Source: Octopus vulgaris
Lineage: Eukaryota
Direction: 5' to 3'
NCBI GenBank assembly: GCA_951406725.2
Contig: OX597817.1
Span: forward strand, 83,142,001-83,206,000
Length of the DNA: 64,000 nt
Shown here: positions 41,306-57,039 of the stretch, in pieces
How the letters are laid out: every line of letters begins with the position of its first letter
Position numbering within the stretch: position 1 is the stretch's first letter
Translations under genes and position numbers: made by a program
The notes under the pieces: model-generated
Seen by the model: only the letters and a program-made list of their open reading frames with translations
What the model was told of the DNA's origin: nothing
Database searches by the model: none

Positions 41306-44300
41306 GCCTCAAAACACGAACTCACATGAAGAATCTTGTAAACCAAGCATAATAATAATTCAACACTGAGCACCAATAACAGAAATACAAAAGATAATAT
41401 TGCTCGTGACAAAAGATAACCATACAAAGAATATCAACAGACTGAGACCATCGTGGCTTTATATCTCTTGAACAGACTTGAACATGCTTGGAATAGGTCC
41501 TATAGGAAATTTTCTGTTAGGGCAGTTCTGTGGAACTTGAGAAGTATTAAAGAGAGCCTTACATTGTTCATATGACGAGCTCAATTGGGAGAAAGTTGAG
41601 CTCTTAAATCAATGAAAGAACTCTTAAAATGAGGAGGCGAAGGATCAAAATAAAAGATTTTCATATAACTTTAGCAGGTATTTTTGCTACTGGAATGATG
41701 TCACAGACATTGTGAGAGCACATATTTATATCGGAGAAAATGGGAATTATTTCTCTGATAAAGCATGAATTATTTTTTCAGACAAAGTATTGTAATACTT
41801 TTTGCGGTGTCGAGAAGAATAAGCCGTGGTAATGCATTCTAGAAAATTTCGTTAAAAACATCCTCCAAGAACCATCTATTTCTGATGTTTCATCTTCAAT
41901 AGCAGAAGATGCAGATAATCCTCCTGAGGGAGAAAGAATTTCCTGTAAAAACTTTGGTAAACATGACTTCTGTGGTTCTCATCTATCAACTTGTTCCCGT
42001 TGATGTAGGCTGCTAAACCCAAGTGAGATATTGCATGATTTTTTTATTGACGGGTATATAATTAATATGTATTCTTCAAATTGTAATAAGCATTTTAAAA
42101 ATTAATCATGTGTCTCATGTGTTTCGACACAAAAGCCTAAAATCATTTGCTTTTATTGATATACATCAAACCGAAAACAACTAACAACGATATATCAGAA
42201 AGATTCCATGTTGAACATGAGTTAATTAAATAGTTGATTTTAAAATTATCTAATTTATTACGTTTTTCATTTTCCATATTGAATTATTTATCATATAATA
42301 ACATCTGTTTATTTCATAAACATTAATTTTTAATTGCCATAGCTCGTGTAATCGTGGGACAGGGGCCAATCAAATAACAAATAATCTGTAAAAGACCTCT
42401 CAAATATCAAAAATTAATCTATTTTTCACTTCATGTACTCTTATAAGTTATTTTCATTTGTACAATTATGGTATTTGCTTCATGATATGTATTCGTTTTT
42501 CAAAGATAACATGGGTCCTATTAATTTTTATAATGACACTTGTGATGTAGAATTTTGGATTCGGTCGATGTTTTGGAACAAAATAACCCAGTATACTAAT
42601 ATTAAAACTATAATATTAATTGATTTAGCAATGAATTATGAACACAAGCGATGTTCTGGAAAGGGTAAGATAATTAACCAAAAGTTTGATCTTATATATG
42701 CATACACACATGCATACATACATACATACATACATACACACATACAAACACACATACATACATACATTCATTTATGTGTGTGTGTATGTGTGTATGTGTG
42801 TGTGTATGTGTGTGTGTGTGTCTCTGTGTGTGTGTAGCTAATATCAGTGTAACCACTAAATATATATTATTCACTCATGTACTATTGGATTAAAAATATA
42901 AAGCGATTATTACGAATATCCGAATCAAAATGAAAGTATCCATATTTATAGTAACGCTAATATCGCCCGGATAATTTTGTTTAAACCCATAGTTTTGCTT
43001 TCTAAGGATGAAATCTGGAAATCTTCATTCGAATTAGTCTCACACGATGAAAAGAATAACTGACTGCTCCAAGAGAAGAGATACATAAACTATTATACTA
43101 GTTACAAAACAGATGGAAAATCATGTATCACGCGTGAATTATATACGCATACTTACACACTCATATACACATATTCTGGTTATATAGTATTCATAAAGAA
43201 TCGAGGTACATGAACGTGTAGTAAATCACTGATTAGCTAGAGAATCACACAGAGCAGAGAGTTGAATCCATTATCAACGCAGAAAACATCGATGAAGATC
43301 AGGCACTGTAGTTGGTTAATCCGCAATTAGACGAATAATAGGTTCTTTAGTGAGGCGAGAAATAGTAATAAGCGAACAATTGTTTCAGTAAGAAATTTTA
43401 TTTATTGTGAGAACAATCTAATATTTTGGATTACGCCAAACATTATGAAAATCTCACGCTCATCCGGCAATATTTAAAACAGTCATATAACGACTTGTTG
43501 AGTAAGAATTGATTCACAAACAAGGGACGTTATAGTCAAAGACACTGCTTTATGAAATAAATCATACAAATGTCAATCAATTGGCCCAATCAATTGGGTG
43601 TCATGAAACTGAATAACAATAGTACCAAACAAAAAGAGAATGGAATTATAATTTAAAGTTATAAACTTTACAATATACGAAGTAACAGTTTTATACGGAA
43701 AACTGGCGTCGAGGAATACAGTATGATCTATATGCATTGATGGAGAAGCTCAAAGACAACCATTTAGTTATTTTACTTCATTCATATATACATATTTACA
43801 TTCGCATACACATACATACATATATACATACACAAGTAAAAATGTATGCACATATATATATGTATGTGTCTACATATATATATATATACATACATAAACA
43901 TATACATACACTATATATATATATATATATACATACACGCACTCTTAGAATAGTAAAATTTGCTTTTAGATAAAAAGAGAATAGCAAATAAACGAAAGAA
44001 ACCGACAAGGATAGAAAAGGGACATTTAAAAACAGGATAAATGCCATATATATAGAGAGGTAATGGTAAGTATAAGAGATGGAAGAAGAGAGGACGAGAA
44101 AAATAAGGAAGTTTCCAGAATGAAGTGTACTTTTAGTGAACAACACGAGGATAATATCATGTTCTGATCATACAAAAAGTAATTATTAAAACAAACCAAA
44201 CAAAATAGTGATGATAAAAGCTTAGCAAGTTATAAACATCTTGAATACGGAAATTAATATACTTGACATTAAATATTAGATATTTAGCATTTAGTATTTA

Positions 44301-45169
44301 CTGTAAGGTAATGATTGATCTAACAGGAGTACAAATTACAGTAAAGATTTGTGTATCCAGTCACTGGGTGTGCATGATGCTGTTGTAATGAAGATATCTA
44401 AAACTTGAATCAAACTAAACAGTCCGTTATAATATATGAGCTGCAGCAATACCTCATTATTTAGATCATTCATAGTTACTAGAGAAATAATGGGTTAAGT
44501 AAGCTATTAGATACGAGACAAGATATTAATTGTCAAATATGAATATTTATTGTGTAAGATTTGAAATAATAGCACAGTAACTAGAATTGGATTAGATAAT
44601 AGGTTTTAAGTAGAACGAGGTTTTTCTAATGGCATGCAGGCATTTAATCTCGAGTTAATCTGATTTGTTAATAACTTCACCTGAACGTTTTAAGATTTCC
44701 ACTAATTCCATGCAGCAAAAGCTACAACCATACCTATCGTTAATATAAGATCTAGCATTTTCTCAATATTTTAGGTAATACGGGAGTAGAAAGTGTTTAA
44801 CTGCCAGATTTTTATAGTCATGTTTTAACCATATCTGTTTTTTTAAAGACGTGATTATGGTATGCCATCTCCGTTTGAAGGTGTTAGAAGTAATACCTGT
44901 GTAGATAAATGTATTATGGTTAGTATGAATATTACATTTATAAACAATATTTTTTGCCAGACAGCTATTAATAAAAGGGCTCAGAAATGTATTTCTACAA
45001 TTACATAGTTTCGATGACGATAGTTATTACAGAGACGGCTATTTAGATTACAATTATGTTGTATATAGCTAGTATGATTAGAGTTAATATTTGTGTTAAG
45101 TATGTTAATAGCACTTGCATCACCTTAGTTACGACTAGATGTACAACTCTTATAATTATAATTACTAGC

Positions 45170-46965
45170 TGGACTCGGGAAAAATTCACGGAAAACATCT
45201 TTCCTGCTGTTCAGAGGCAAACTTTCTGTAGAAGTTCTTCAGGAAATTCCATTTCAATCTCCTTCAAATATTCGTGTATATCATTACTCACAGTCCCTAA
45301 TGCTTCGATTCTTATAGACACAACGTTTACAGTTTTCATATTCCGAAATCTCTTTCAAATTTTGAGTGATTGTATTTTATTAATCTTTCATTTCCATTGT
45401 TTACTATCCTAAAATCAAAAGGAAATAAATCAAATCACTAAGCAACTTCGCTTTTCCTTGTATATTATTGCTATATCTGGTTTATTATTTTCAATCTTTT
45501 CCGTTTTAATATGAAAATCCTATAAAATCTTGCATTTCTCCGAGTCAAACACGTTTTCAATCCGATTATACCAAGTACTTTCAGTTGCAGATCCTCATTT
45601 CTGACAACGCTTCAAGTGTAAAACGTTCGCATCTTACTCATACCTCCATTTCTTATAATCCCCAGAGCAATCTTCCGACTTTCTACAATAGTGTGTGTCA
45701 TTGTTTCATCTTTAATTCCATATATTCTTTAATTTTGCCGACACCATTTGCCCATGCACGTATTTTCTCAAGTTATTTGTTTTTAACGCTTGGCTTTGAA
45801 CTGCTATAATAAAGCTCGTTGGATCTTTTCTCGGTTGCCCTTTTTAAACCAAGTCCAGGTTTTTGTTCCATATAATCTTTAGTGGCTTTCTAAAGCTGAC
45901 CATACCAAAGTTTTTCCTCAATATGCTTTATATACTCTCTATCTATTTCATTCTCGTCCTTTGCTCCTATTCTAACCCTGAGCACCTGTTCTTTACTAAC
46001 TGCCTCTAGTAATTTCTTTATGCTGTAAATATTTTAATACGCTTTTTCTTTCCATTTTGTACACATTCTTCGATCCTGGTCTCTCTTCAAGTACAAATAA
46101 TTACTATCAGCCATACAGAGTGAACAGCTTTCTAGTTTTTCTTTCAAGTTCTACTATTCCAACTCCATATCTAATTACCGATACTTCTCTTGCATTTATT
46201 GGCTCAATAGCATATTTTGAAATGAACATTGTAACATTTTTCTCATTCTCCTCGTTTTCTCCCAACTTGTAATTTGATGTGTCTCTTCATGTTCGATTTC
46301 ATCAGCCTCCACTATTTCAAATTCCTTGCCTTGCTTCAATTATTTTTCTTTCATTATCAATATAGCGCACTTTTTAACACCAAATTTCATTTCTCCTTCA
46401 TGTACAAGACTTTCAGCCCACTTCGCATTTTTCGCATAAAGTTTTGTAGCATCCATAGAAAGAAGATGGATTATCTGATCATGGCCTTTCCCTATTTTAA
46501 GATTAGTTAAAACCTTCAAATATACCACGTCTGATATTGACTTTCCTAACTTGTCCTTTTCTTCCAATCGCTTCAGTATTACAATGTTTCATATTTTCAG
46601 TTCCATTTTCTCCATGTATTTTCTCCCATATGCTCATTGTCTACTTATTCAACTTTGCTGTACCGTCTCATATGCTTATCTGTATTTCAATGAATCCCGT
46701 CAGTCTGCGTCAGCAATTTCTTATTATCATTTTATCAACTAATAACAAAGCTTTAGTTGCTCTACTTTACTTCCTGCATCCTTTCTCTTCTACTGGAAGT
46801 AAATTGTTACTTTCCAGAAGATTATATAACTTTGCTGTCAAGACACCAGTCATAATCTTTCACGTAAGTGGCAAATAGGTTATAAGTCGAAAATTTCAGA
46901 CAAGTGTACATTTCAAGGGAACTATGGGACATAACAACTTTTGTACAATTACCATCCTAGTAGAG
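45170..46965 (-). mobile_element. Old degenerate R4/Dong-like LINE (RT to RLE)
   Basis: Minus strand IIHLLSMDATKLYAK (degenerate YMDD), MKFGVKKCA, CKIL*DF, KPDIAII; abuts (ATT)n at 46968. Confidence 0.75.
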
Positions 46966-46970
46966 ATTAG

Positions 46971-47047
<77 letters not shown>

Positions 47048-47052
47048 CATTA

Positions 47053-47150
47053 TCTTTTTTCTTTCAATTTTGTTACTCTTCTTTGTAGAGTATCTTCTCA
47101 AGACCTAGGGCATAGAAACTCATTGTATACATATGTAGGCCATCAAAATA
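47053..47150 (-). mobile_element. 3'UTR fragment of family B-like LINE
   Basis: cctagggcatagaaactcattgtatacat matches the reverse complement of 20748-20776. Confidence 0.6.
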
Positions 47151-47261
47151 AATACACCAGGTTGTTCATTTACAAAGTGATGTGATAGAAAAAGAAGGGA
47201 CAGAAAAATAGAGAGAAAAAGGAAAGAAGGGAAAATCGTGATAAAGAAAAAGTAAGTAAAG

Positions 47262-47505
47262 GGGAGCGGCGCGACGACAGAATCGTTAGCACGCCGGGTA
47301 AAATATTTAGCGACATTTCATCCGTCTTTACATTCTGAGTTCAAATTCCGCCGAGGTCGACTGTGCGTTTTTATCCTTTCGGGGTCGACAAGTACCAGTT
47401 GAGTACTGGGGTCGATGTAATCGACTTGGATCACTCCATCCCCCAAATTTCAGGCCTTATGCCTATAGTAGAAAGGATTATTATTATTATTGTTATTATT
47501 ATTAT
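47262..47505 (+). mobile_element. SINE family 2 with (ATT)n tail
   Basis: Homologous to 38277-38497; B box gagttcaaattcc. Confidence 0.8.
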
Positions 47506-48060
47506 TGAGTGTGAGAGCAGTGCATGCCATCAAAGTGACACTGGGGTAAAATATACGAAGCCCAATATACCCATCATGACTACCCGTCTGATAAAGGTAC
47601 ACCAGGCACATGCATCACAACCATATGTGCGCGACATGGTGATCTCATATCAAGATAAACAGCACATGACCTTGCAGGTGGGGCCCAGTTAGAATTTTCT
47701 TCAGGTTGAGTAGCCCATCCCGCTCAAAAGGTCCCTGAATAAGGGTTGTTTAAGGATGTTGAAAGAACCACCCATGTTTCCAGAGGTGAATTATTCAAAC
47801 CCCAAAGAATCCCTCTCAACACATGGCTATGATGCTCCCCCACTACTTCTGCTCGTGATCAGAGATGCACATATCGTCAGCCACTAAGGGACATGCTCAA
47901 CTGGTTAAGGTCAAACAACTGACAAGCAAATCTGTGGTATTGAGCAGAATATTTGCTGTAGCCCATCTTTTATACCAAGACAAAACAATGTACATGATAA
48001 CACTTCCAATCAGTTAAGATCAGAAGCCATGAGAGCCACTGCCTGGTACTGCATCAGGGC

Positions 48061-48063
<3 letters not shown>
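47506..48063. mobile_element. ~560-bp ORF-less element flanked on both sides by (ATT)n
   Basis: Complex, relatively GC-rich sequence with sharp boundaries inside an ATT microsatellite; no convincing ORF or tRNA boxes. Confidence 0.6.
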
Positions 48064-48149
<86 letters not shown>

Positions 48150-48204
48150 CTGTTGTTGTTGTTGCTGTTGTTGTTGTTATTATTATCATCATTATTATTA
48201 TTAT

Positions 48205-48267
<63 letters not shown>

Positions 48268-48361
48268 CAGCAGCAGTGGTAGTAGTAGTACTAGTAGTAG
48301 TAGCCACTGCCTGCTATGATAGGAATTGTTTCTGTTTTCAGGTTCCAATTCTAGTTACCTC

Positions 48362-48461
<100 letters not shown>

Positions 48462-48499
48462 CATCATCATCATCATCATTATCATTATTATTATTATTT

Positions 48500-50880
48500 T
48501 CATATACATACAACATATTAGAACACTGTTTTCTGGAGCTGTACTAAACTGGGTTTTATGCCTATTTCCTCTATCCGTCTGTTCAAATATTTAGGGATAG
48601 TTCCCAATGCACCTATGATTACTGAGAAACATTTTACCCGCACTTTCCATATCTCTGGAATTAAATGACTAGGTTCTGGTACTTTGCTACTTTTTTATAC
48701 ATCTCATATTGATTTCCCTACCATTTGGGACTGTAAAGTCAATTATCTGGAATTTTCTATTTTCTTTATCTACTAGTACTAAATCAGGCCTTCTAGCTTG
48801 TATTACTCTGTCAGTCTGAATGTTAAATTCCCACAACAGCTTATATTTCTTACGTTCTAGCACTTTATTATATTCATGTTCATACCATTTATCGGTATGT
48901 TGAAATCCTAGCTTTCTACATAGCTACCAGTGGATTGCTCTCCCTAAGTTGTCATGTCTTTTCTTGTATTCTTTCAGTGCCAACATGCTACAATCACTTA
49001 CTATATGAGTAACGCTTTCCACTTTTGATTTGCATGACCTACATTGGAAATCTACTTGGCATTTATCCAATTTGTCTCTAATGCTTGATCTTGTGATGCT
49101 ACTAACAAACTCTTTGTCTCCCTTTTCAGCTTTCCATTCTGCAACCATAGCCATGTCTCACTACTACTAATTGCTGCAAATATCTTTGGGAATTTACCAT
49201 GCAACACCTCCTGCCAGTCAGATAATTTCGCTTCTTTTTCTGGTTTTTAAGTCGTTTGGGTTTTTAGTTTCCCTATGTCTTGTGATTCTAGACGGTTTTA
49301 ATAAGCATTCTTCACTGTTACCTACATAGGAGTCTATATCTATTCTAGCTAACACCACGCAGTCTTCTGCTGATATTCCGCCTTCCTTTCCAGGTAAGTA
49401 TAATCTTGCTACTCCAGTCTTGGGTGGAGTGCTCCATTCATTTTGAATTCCTTCCTAGTACCTCTGTCTAGCTTTGCTAATTCCGTTTTTGTCAAAGCTG
49501 CTGAGTATCTAAGTAATGAAACTGCCCAAGTATTACAAGTTTCACTAGATTAGGGCCATTTAGCTTTAACTTCATTAGCTTCCTCACACTTCTCATGTAC
49601 TCCTTCCAAATTTTCGTTTTCATTTCTATTGTTAGTATTCTGTAAGATTCTAATACTACTATATACTTATAATTTTCTTCTTCTTTCAATACTTTTAATG
49701 TCTGGCCTTCTGCTAATTAGATGCCTTAGCTCGAAAAGTCTGTTTAATCTGTACTGCTCAATTCACTGTTCATATCTCTTTAGTTTATGTGCTTTAGATT
49801 TCAACATTTGTATTAATTTCTCAATCACAACACTGATTCCCGTTTTCATCACCCTATACTTATCACCTTAGCTCAACATATTTCCCTCGCTGAACTTCAT
49901 TTCTTTTTTTCCGTTCTAGAATATTAATATGTTTTCTAGTCTCGATAATAAACTGCCTTATTCTCCTTTTCCACCATAGTTCCTTCAGGTTATGTTGACA
50001 TTTACCTTTGGCTTTCAAACCTAATTTCCTGGCTATAAAGATCGAGATTGCATTTATCAGATTGTTGGTGTCTGTGATGTTGTCAGTCCTGATATCACCA
50101 GTGATATAATTTATCTTCTTGATCCATCCTTTAGTTTATTTCTGTCTACTTTTTCAAACCCCGTATGAAAGCTCTGTTCACCAGAGGTCCATATATCAAT
50201 GATCTCATTTAAAATTGATATCTGTTCCTCGATTCTCTTATCACTTTCCTGATTGATAATCCCTGCCTCATGCTCGTTTTCTTCCTTTAACTCTACTGCG
50301 ATAGTTTCACTATCTGCATTTTCTTCCTCATCCTTCCGTTCACCGCTGGTCTTACTATCCCTAAGCACCCATCTCTTAATGCTTCTCAGTTCAAATGGAG
50401 ATAACCATTCATTCTTTCTGATGGCTCTAGATTGGTCACACAGATTTTGTTCACTTAGTTCAAATAGGCCTCTGTCGTTCCATGTCCTGTGCATTTTCTT
50501 CCTATATCCCCTAGCTATATACTTCATTATCATTTCATTATCATTAAATCCACATTCATTTCTTTCATTCACTTTTCTTTTAGTAGTTGCTTGATGACGA
50601 CTGGGCCCACGCAGTTCATCCGTGGGGCACCCGCCGGGCGAGAGACACAAAGTCTTCCAGCCTCATTCATGCCGTTCTCATTTGTATTTTTATTTGACAT
50701 TTCAGCACCCATGATAGGAGTTAGTGAATTTTAGATTGTACAATACAACCACCAGTATTCTTTTTCCCATGACACCATCACTGACAGGGTCTCCACCCTA
50801 GGATATAGGATTCCTGTGACCTTAGTTTAATTTTTGGCGTTTCATTCCCCTAGAAGGGGTTTTCAAGCATTATGATTGCT
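48500..50880 (-). mobile_element. R4/Dong-like LINE retaining N-terminus and 5'UTR, with a large internal RT deletion
   Basis: ORF 50111-50650 GYRKKMHRTW..LFELSEQNLCDQSRAIRKNEWLS (R4-type N-terminal domain); ORF 49492-49689 YKYIVVLE; ORF 48924-49154 CRSC..HIVSDC..KKRHD; ARRPDLV at ~48775-48800. Confidence 0.85.
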
Positions 50881-51141
50881 TCTGCCTCTTATGTATGTAC
50901 TATTTTGGTGGCTGTTGCCTCGTAAGTGTTTATTAACCTTAATACAAGTCTTGTTTTTCTTCTTGTAGGGTGTCAAAATAGCAAGAATCATACACTATCC
51001 TCACAGAGCAAGCTCTGCAGGGTTGCCGGTTTAGTTGCCGACGTCCCGACCGAAGAAAAAAAGAAAGACAAGAATAATTATATCGTTCCCAGTTTGAATA
51101 CGGGGAAGAGGTGGTAGTGGTGGGGGGGGGAGTGGGCGCAT

Positions 51142-51518
51142 CGGTCTCATTACAGTAGCTACATAGGAATATTTGGAGAAGATAAACCAGAAAAAAAAGA
51201 AAAGAGGAAGACGAAATGTTTAACTTTCTTTTGCGTTGTACTGCTAACCTTATGGCAAAACGGTCTTTTCATTACCGTAGCTAGATAGGAATATTTGGAG
51301 AAGGTAAACAAAAAAGAAAGAAAAGAAAAGCGGAAGAAGAAATGTTTAACTAACTTTCATTGGCATTTTACTGCTAGCCTCATGGCAAAACGATCCTTTC
51401 TTTATAGTAGCAAGATAGGAATAATTGGAGAAGATAAACGAGAAAAAATGAGGAAAGAGGAAGAGAAAATGTTTAACTAACTTTCTTTGGCGTTGTACTG
51501 CTAGTTTCATGGCAAAAC

Positions 51519-51520
<2 letters not shown>
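51142..51520. repeat. ~125-bp minisatellite x3
   Basis: The unit cggtct..gtagcta.ataggaatatttggagaag...tgtttaact..ctgcta..atggcaaaa starts at ~51142, 51261 and 51391. Confidence 0.85.
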
Positions 51521-51607
<87 letters not shown>

Positions 51608-51617
51608 ATTATTATTG

Positions 51618-51687
<70 letters not shown>

Positions 51688-51793
51688 TACTATTACTATT
51701 ATTATTATTATTATTATTATTACTAATTATTATTAATTATTATTATTATTATTATTACTATTATTATTATTATTATTATTATCATTATTATTA

Positions 51794-51833
<40 letters not shown>

Positions 51834-51834
51834 T

Positions 51835-53136
<1,302 letters not shown>

Positions 53137-54076
53137 ATTATTATTATTATTATTATTATTATGATTGTTATTATTCATATCATCACTACTGATAATATTG
53201 TTACCACTACTTTTATTATTATGGCTGATGGTATGGAGTTCGCAGCCGTATTGCTATAGAACCCAATTGTCACACGGTTATTGGGGATGATAGTATGCAT
53301 ATATGTGTGAGTGTGTGTATGTAAGTATGCATTTGTGTCTGTCTCTCTGTGAGTTTTACTCTAATAAATAAAAGGAGCAAATGACACTGATTTAGAAAGA
53401 GAGAGACACAAGACAAACCAGAACGAGACCAATAAAGTTATGTAGATACATGCATAGATTAACTCTTATACGCATTCTTATAGTGCTGATGTCATCACTA
53501 AGGTAAAGTGTCGTTATGGATTCTTTGAAATGCCTTACCGAGAAATGCAGTATATTATAGTTTTAATACTGACCTATTACTCTTAACTACCTTAATAATT
53601 GTTTGTTCTCATTCTTATACATTATAGTTGTGACAAACCATTTACAAGGTAAGTGAATATTTCAGAAGTTCATATCGTTTCAAATATGAAGTTAATAAAC
53701 TTCTATAGCAAATCTCTAAGCTACGTCATGTTAGAGATCAATGACTGTTACAATGTACATATATAAAATATATATTAATGCCATTATGAATTTATGGCAT
53801 GTCAGTATTGGTTTAGCTATAAAGAGTGTATTGTAGAACAATCGCAGTTTACTGCTATAAAACAACAGGAATACCTGATGCAAAAGTGGAACGCTAAAGC
53901 AAACCAAACATGCGTAAATCGGAAGAGGTTGCACCTTTCTGTGAACAGTGCTTTGAAGTACATCATGCATAAAATTGTACGATAATGCAACGCAACGAAT
54001 CAAGAAAGAATGGCTAGTATAGAATGCAAGACTGAGAAGGCGAAAGTAAGAGTAAGAGACTGAGAGAGAGAGAGAA

Positions 54077-54112
<36 letters not shown>

Positions 54113-56759
54113 AGAGCAAGACAAAGAGAAAGAGAGAGAGAGAGGGAGAGAGAGTAGTTTTATAACTAAACGTTGTATTTTTATGACATATGCGATTCTT
54201 GTATTACCAGAGTATTATATCATGGAATACCAAAAAGTATCATGAACCAATGGCGCAAATTTTAAACACATTGGTTTTTATTGCTTCATAAGATGAAAGT
54301 GTTTTACACTTTTCCTTTGAATTAGGGCCAGTATTTGAAATCTAGCTAACAGTAGTTGAGTACATTTTGTTTATACATACAATACACTGACCTTCATCTA
54401 AATTAGTCTACAAAGATATTACAATATATCACACTGAACTATACGTAAATATTCTAAACGACGCCACAGAATAAAATTCACATTAAATAACGAACAAATA
54501 AGTAATTTACTCTGAAACGTACACACCACAGAATAGTTAATGTATTGTACAATATAAATAAAATTAATTGGCATCATAGTCACAACTTATTATCTAAATC
54601 ATGTCTACTGAATAATAGCTGTCACGGAATAATATATCGAGCAGAGATATACTTGTTTTAAAACACAACAACGTAAAATATGCAAATTACAGAAAACATC
54701 AGGCACAAAATTTATGATACTTAATTAATAGAGAGCATAGGACAATTCTTTACATACAATACAATCACATGTGCCTTTACAGTATAACATAATTACATAC
54801 ATCTCCCCATATAAAATAATCGCGACTATATATGTATGCAGACACGTATGGTGACATTGTAATATCACTATACGTATCCGCATACATTGTAGTTTAACAT
54901 GTGTAATCTAAGGTCTAGCAATCTTTTAATGTTATCAAAATTCAAATAAACTATACAGAAATATTTACATAATAAAATAAAGGCCATTAATACATTTCAG
55001 TTTCCATAGATACAACAATACAAAGTTGTTCTGTACAATCCCTTTCATTTCCTGTTTGGAAAACCGTTTCACTATATTTTTTCGCTATCCCAATATGTTT
55101 ACTTTATATTGTAACGGAATCACATGAAAACGTACATGAAAAAATGTGTAAGGGTATTTCCTGATAAAGAAAGCCAAATGATCGATTTCTTTTCAAGATA
55201 TTTCGATTGACTAATTGAGATAATTTCGAAATGCTAAAGGAGCAAAAATAGCAAGTAGATAAAACTGCAAAGAATAAAAACATATCTAATTTCCTTCAAT
55301 CAAACGCTTCCAATTGCATTGGATAGCTCTCTTAAAATAGCAGGATGTGTTGTAGCAACTTGAACTCAAAGAATTCTAAGGTGAACGAAGTATTGATGTA
55401 GCAGATCAGTTTTAAATGGTATACAAAGTATATTTCTTTAACATATGAAAAGATAATGGACCTTTTTGAATTTAATGCATGATATGTCTTATATTTCCTC
55501 AATCCCAAATCTGTATATTATTTCATTAAGTACCGAAAAGGAGACAAAATTATAAAACAAATGGCATTTATTGCTGAGAGAATCTAAATCTAAAACCGAA
55601 CCTTCCCAGTTTGGATATTTCAACATTTTGCTCATAAATTTACTTTGCTCGTGATAAATATGCTTAACCCGTGATTTTATTTAAGCGAACTTCGATTGTT
55701 ACAGCCTTCTGATCTATGTTAAGAGCAGTCAAAATTAATGCTCCAGGGTTTCAAATTTACAGTTAACAGATATAGCTAGTATTGTACGCAGAATGGGGAT
55801 TTGATGGAAAGATTACCTGCTTTGATCTGAAGTAATCACTTGCAAAACAGAGAGTGAAGAAAAGAGATCGAATCAAAACATCCCAGAAATGAATGGACGG
55901 AATTGAACGAGGAGTGCAAACCAACAGAAGTTAAGAAAAACTGTCAAAATGAAATAAGAACATGATTAGAATATAGAGCCGAAGAGGACATGTGGCGGTA
56001 CAATGGAATGTTCTAAGTACTGAGCCGAATTCAGAGGAACAGTCTGGAACAGAGGTCGAGTTTTCTGGACAAGCGTCTACAAGTTAAATGTTGGTTTGAA
56101 CACACCTGCAACATCCTCTCAACCTAACCTTCAAGAAGTTTGAAAGATAGCCATACATCATCCATCTTAGGGCACGGTTGAGCGATATCACAAATTCTGA
56201 AGTTGCTAGTCATCTGCTACTTAAAAACATTACAAACCAACAGCAGAAATGGTTGAGATCGCTGCAGATCTCCTGAAGCAAAGATGAGATATCACAATGA
56301 AACAGCTCCCTTAATTGTTCAAACCGATATGATATAATGAAGACGTTCGGGCTGACTCCCTCGGCAGTCGTTTTACTAGCTAAGTTAATCTTCCCGATCA
56401 TCCTTTGTCACTGAAGACAGAGATCTTCCTTGGGGAAGAACAGGTTAGCTCTCAGATATGAAGGTGTTCTATAGAACAAATCTTCATACTGCATGCATCA
56501 TCGCACAATGCTCTGGGTCCTACGCGGTTCTTGTCAAATACATCGACTTCAAGATGGGTACTATCATAGGAAATAGAAGGACTCTGCATCGTTCGTGAGA
56601 AATATATCAACTTCTTCACGTTCTTCAGTTCCTGCTCCAGTTACTGTATTGCCTTCCCTATAGCCGTCCTTGGTGTTGTGACCAAGGAAGGCAATACATA
56701 TTTGTCGTCGAGATAGCCGATCATCGGAACTGCATTATTTCAGTATTCTTATTATCATC

Positions 56760-57030
56760 GATTTATAGAAAGATAGAAGAATGAATGATCTTGATTTCAT
56801 CGACGAATCATATGGAAAATTAGAAGAGTGAGTGCTTTGGCACCATATGGAAATTTAGAACGTTGACTGATCTTGATTTCAGCGAAAAATCCTAAATAAC
56901 ACCCTGGAGCTCATACAAGAGATTACATACTCGTACAACTTGAAAGCAAGTGGAAATAGGTTTGGCATACATATCAATTGTGAGAAAACCAAGGGAATGT
57001 TTATTGGCGTTAATCCAGACTAACACAACA
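56760..57030 (+). pseudogene. RTE-like reverse transcriptase relic
   Basis: GNRFGIHINCEKTKGMFIG (~56952-57008) resembles the RTE GLxINxxKTKxM motif. Confidence 0.4.
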
Positions 57031-57039
57031 CAATCAACA

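Noticed and set aside
41440-42050. Complex sequence that might be a decayed transposase, with a gagctcaa/ttgagctc hairpin
   Set aside because: No diagnostic motifs found in any frame.
47690-47885. CUGAAGA and CUGACGA on the minus strand of the 560-bp element as HHR cores
   Set aside because: No correctly placed GAAA or stem I/III pairing.
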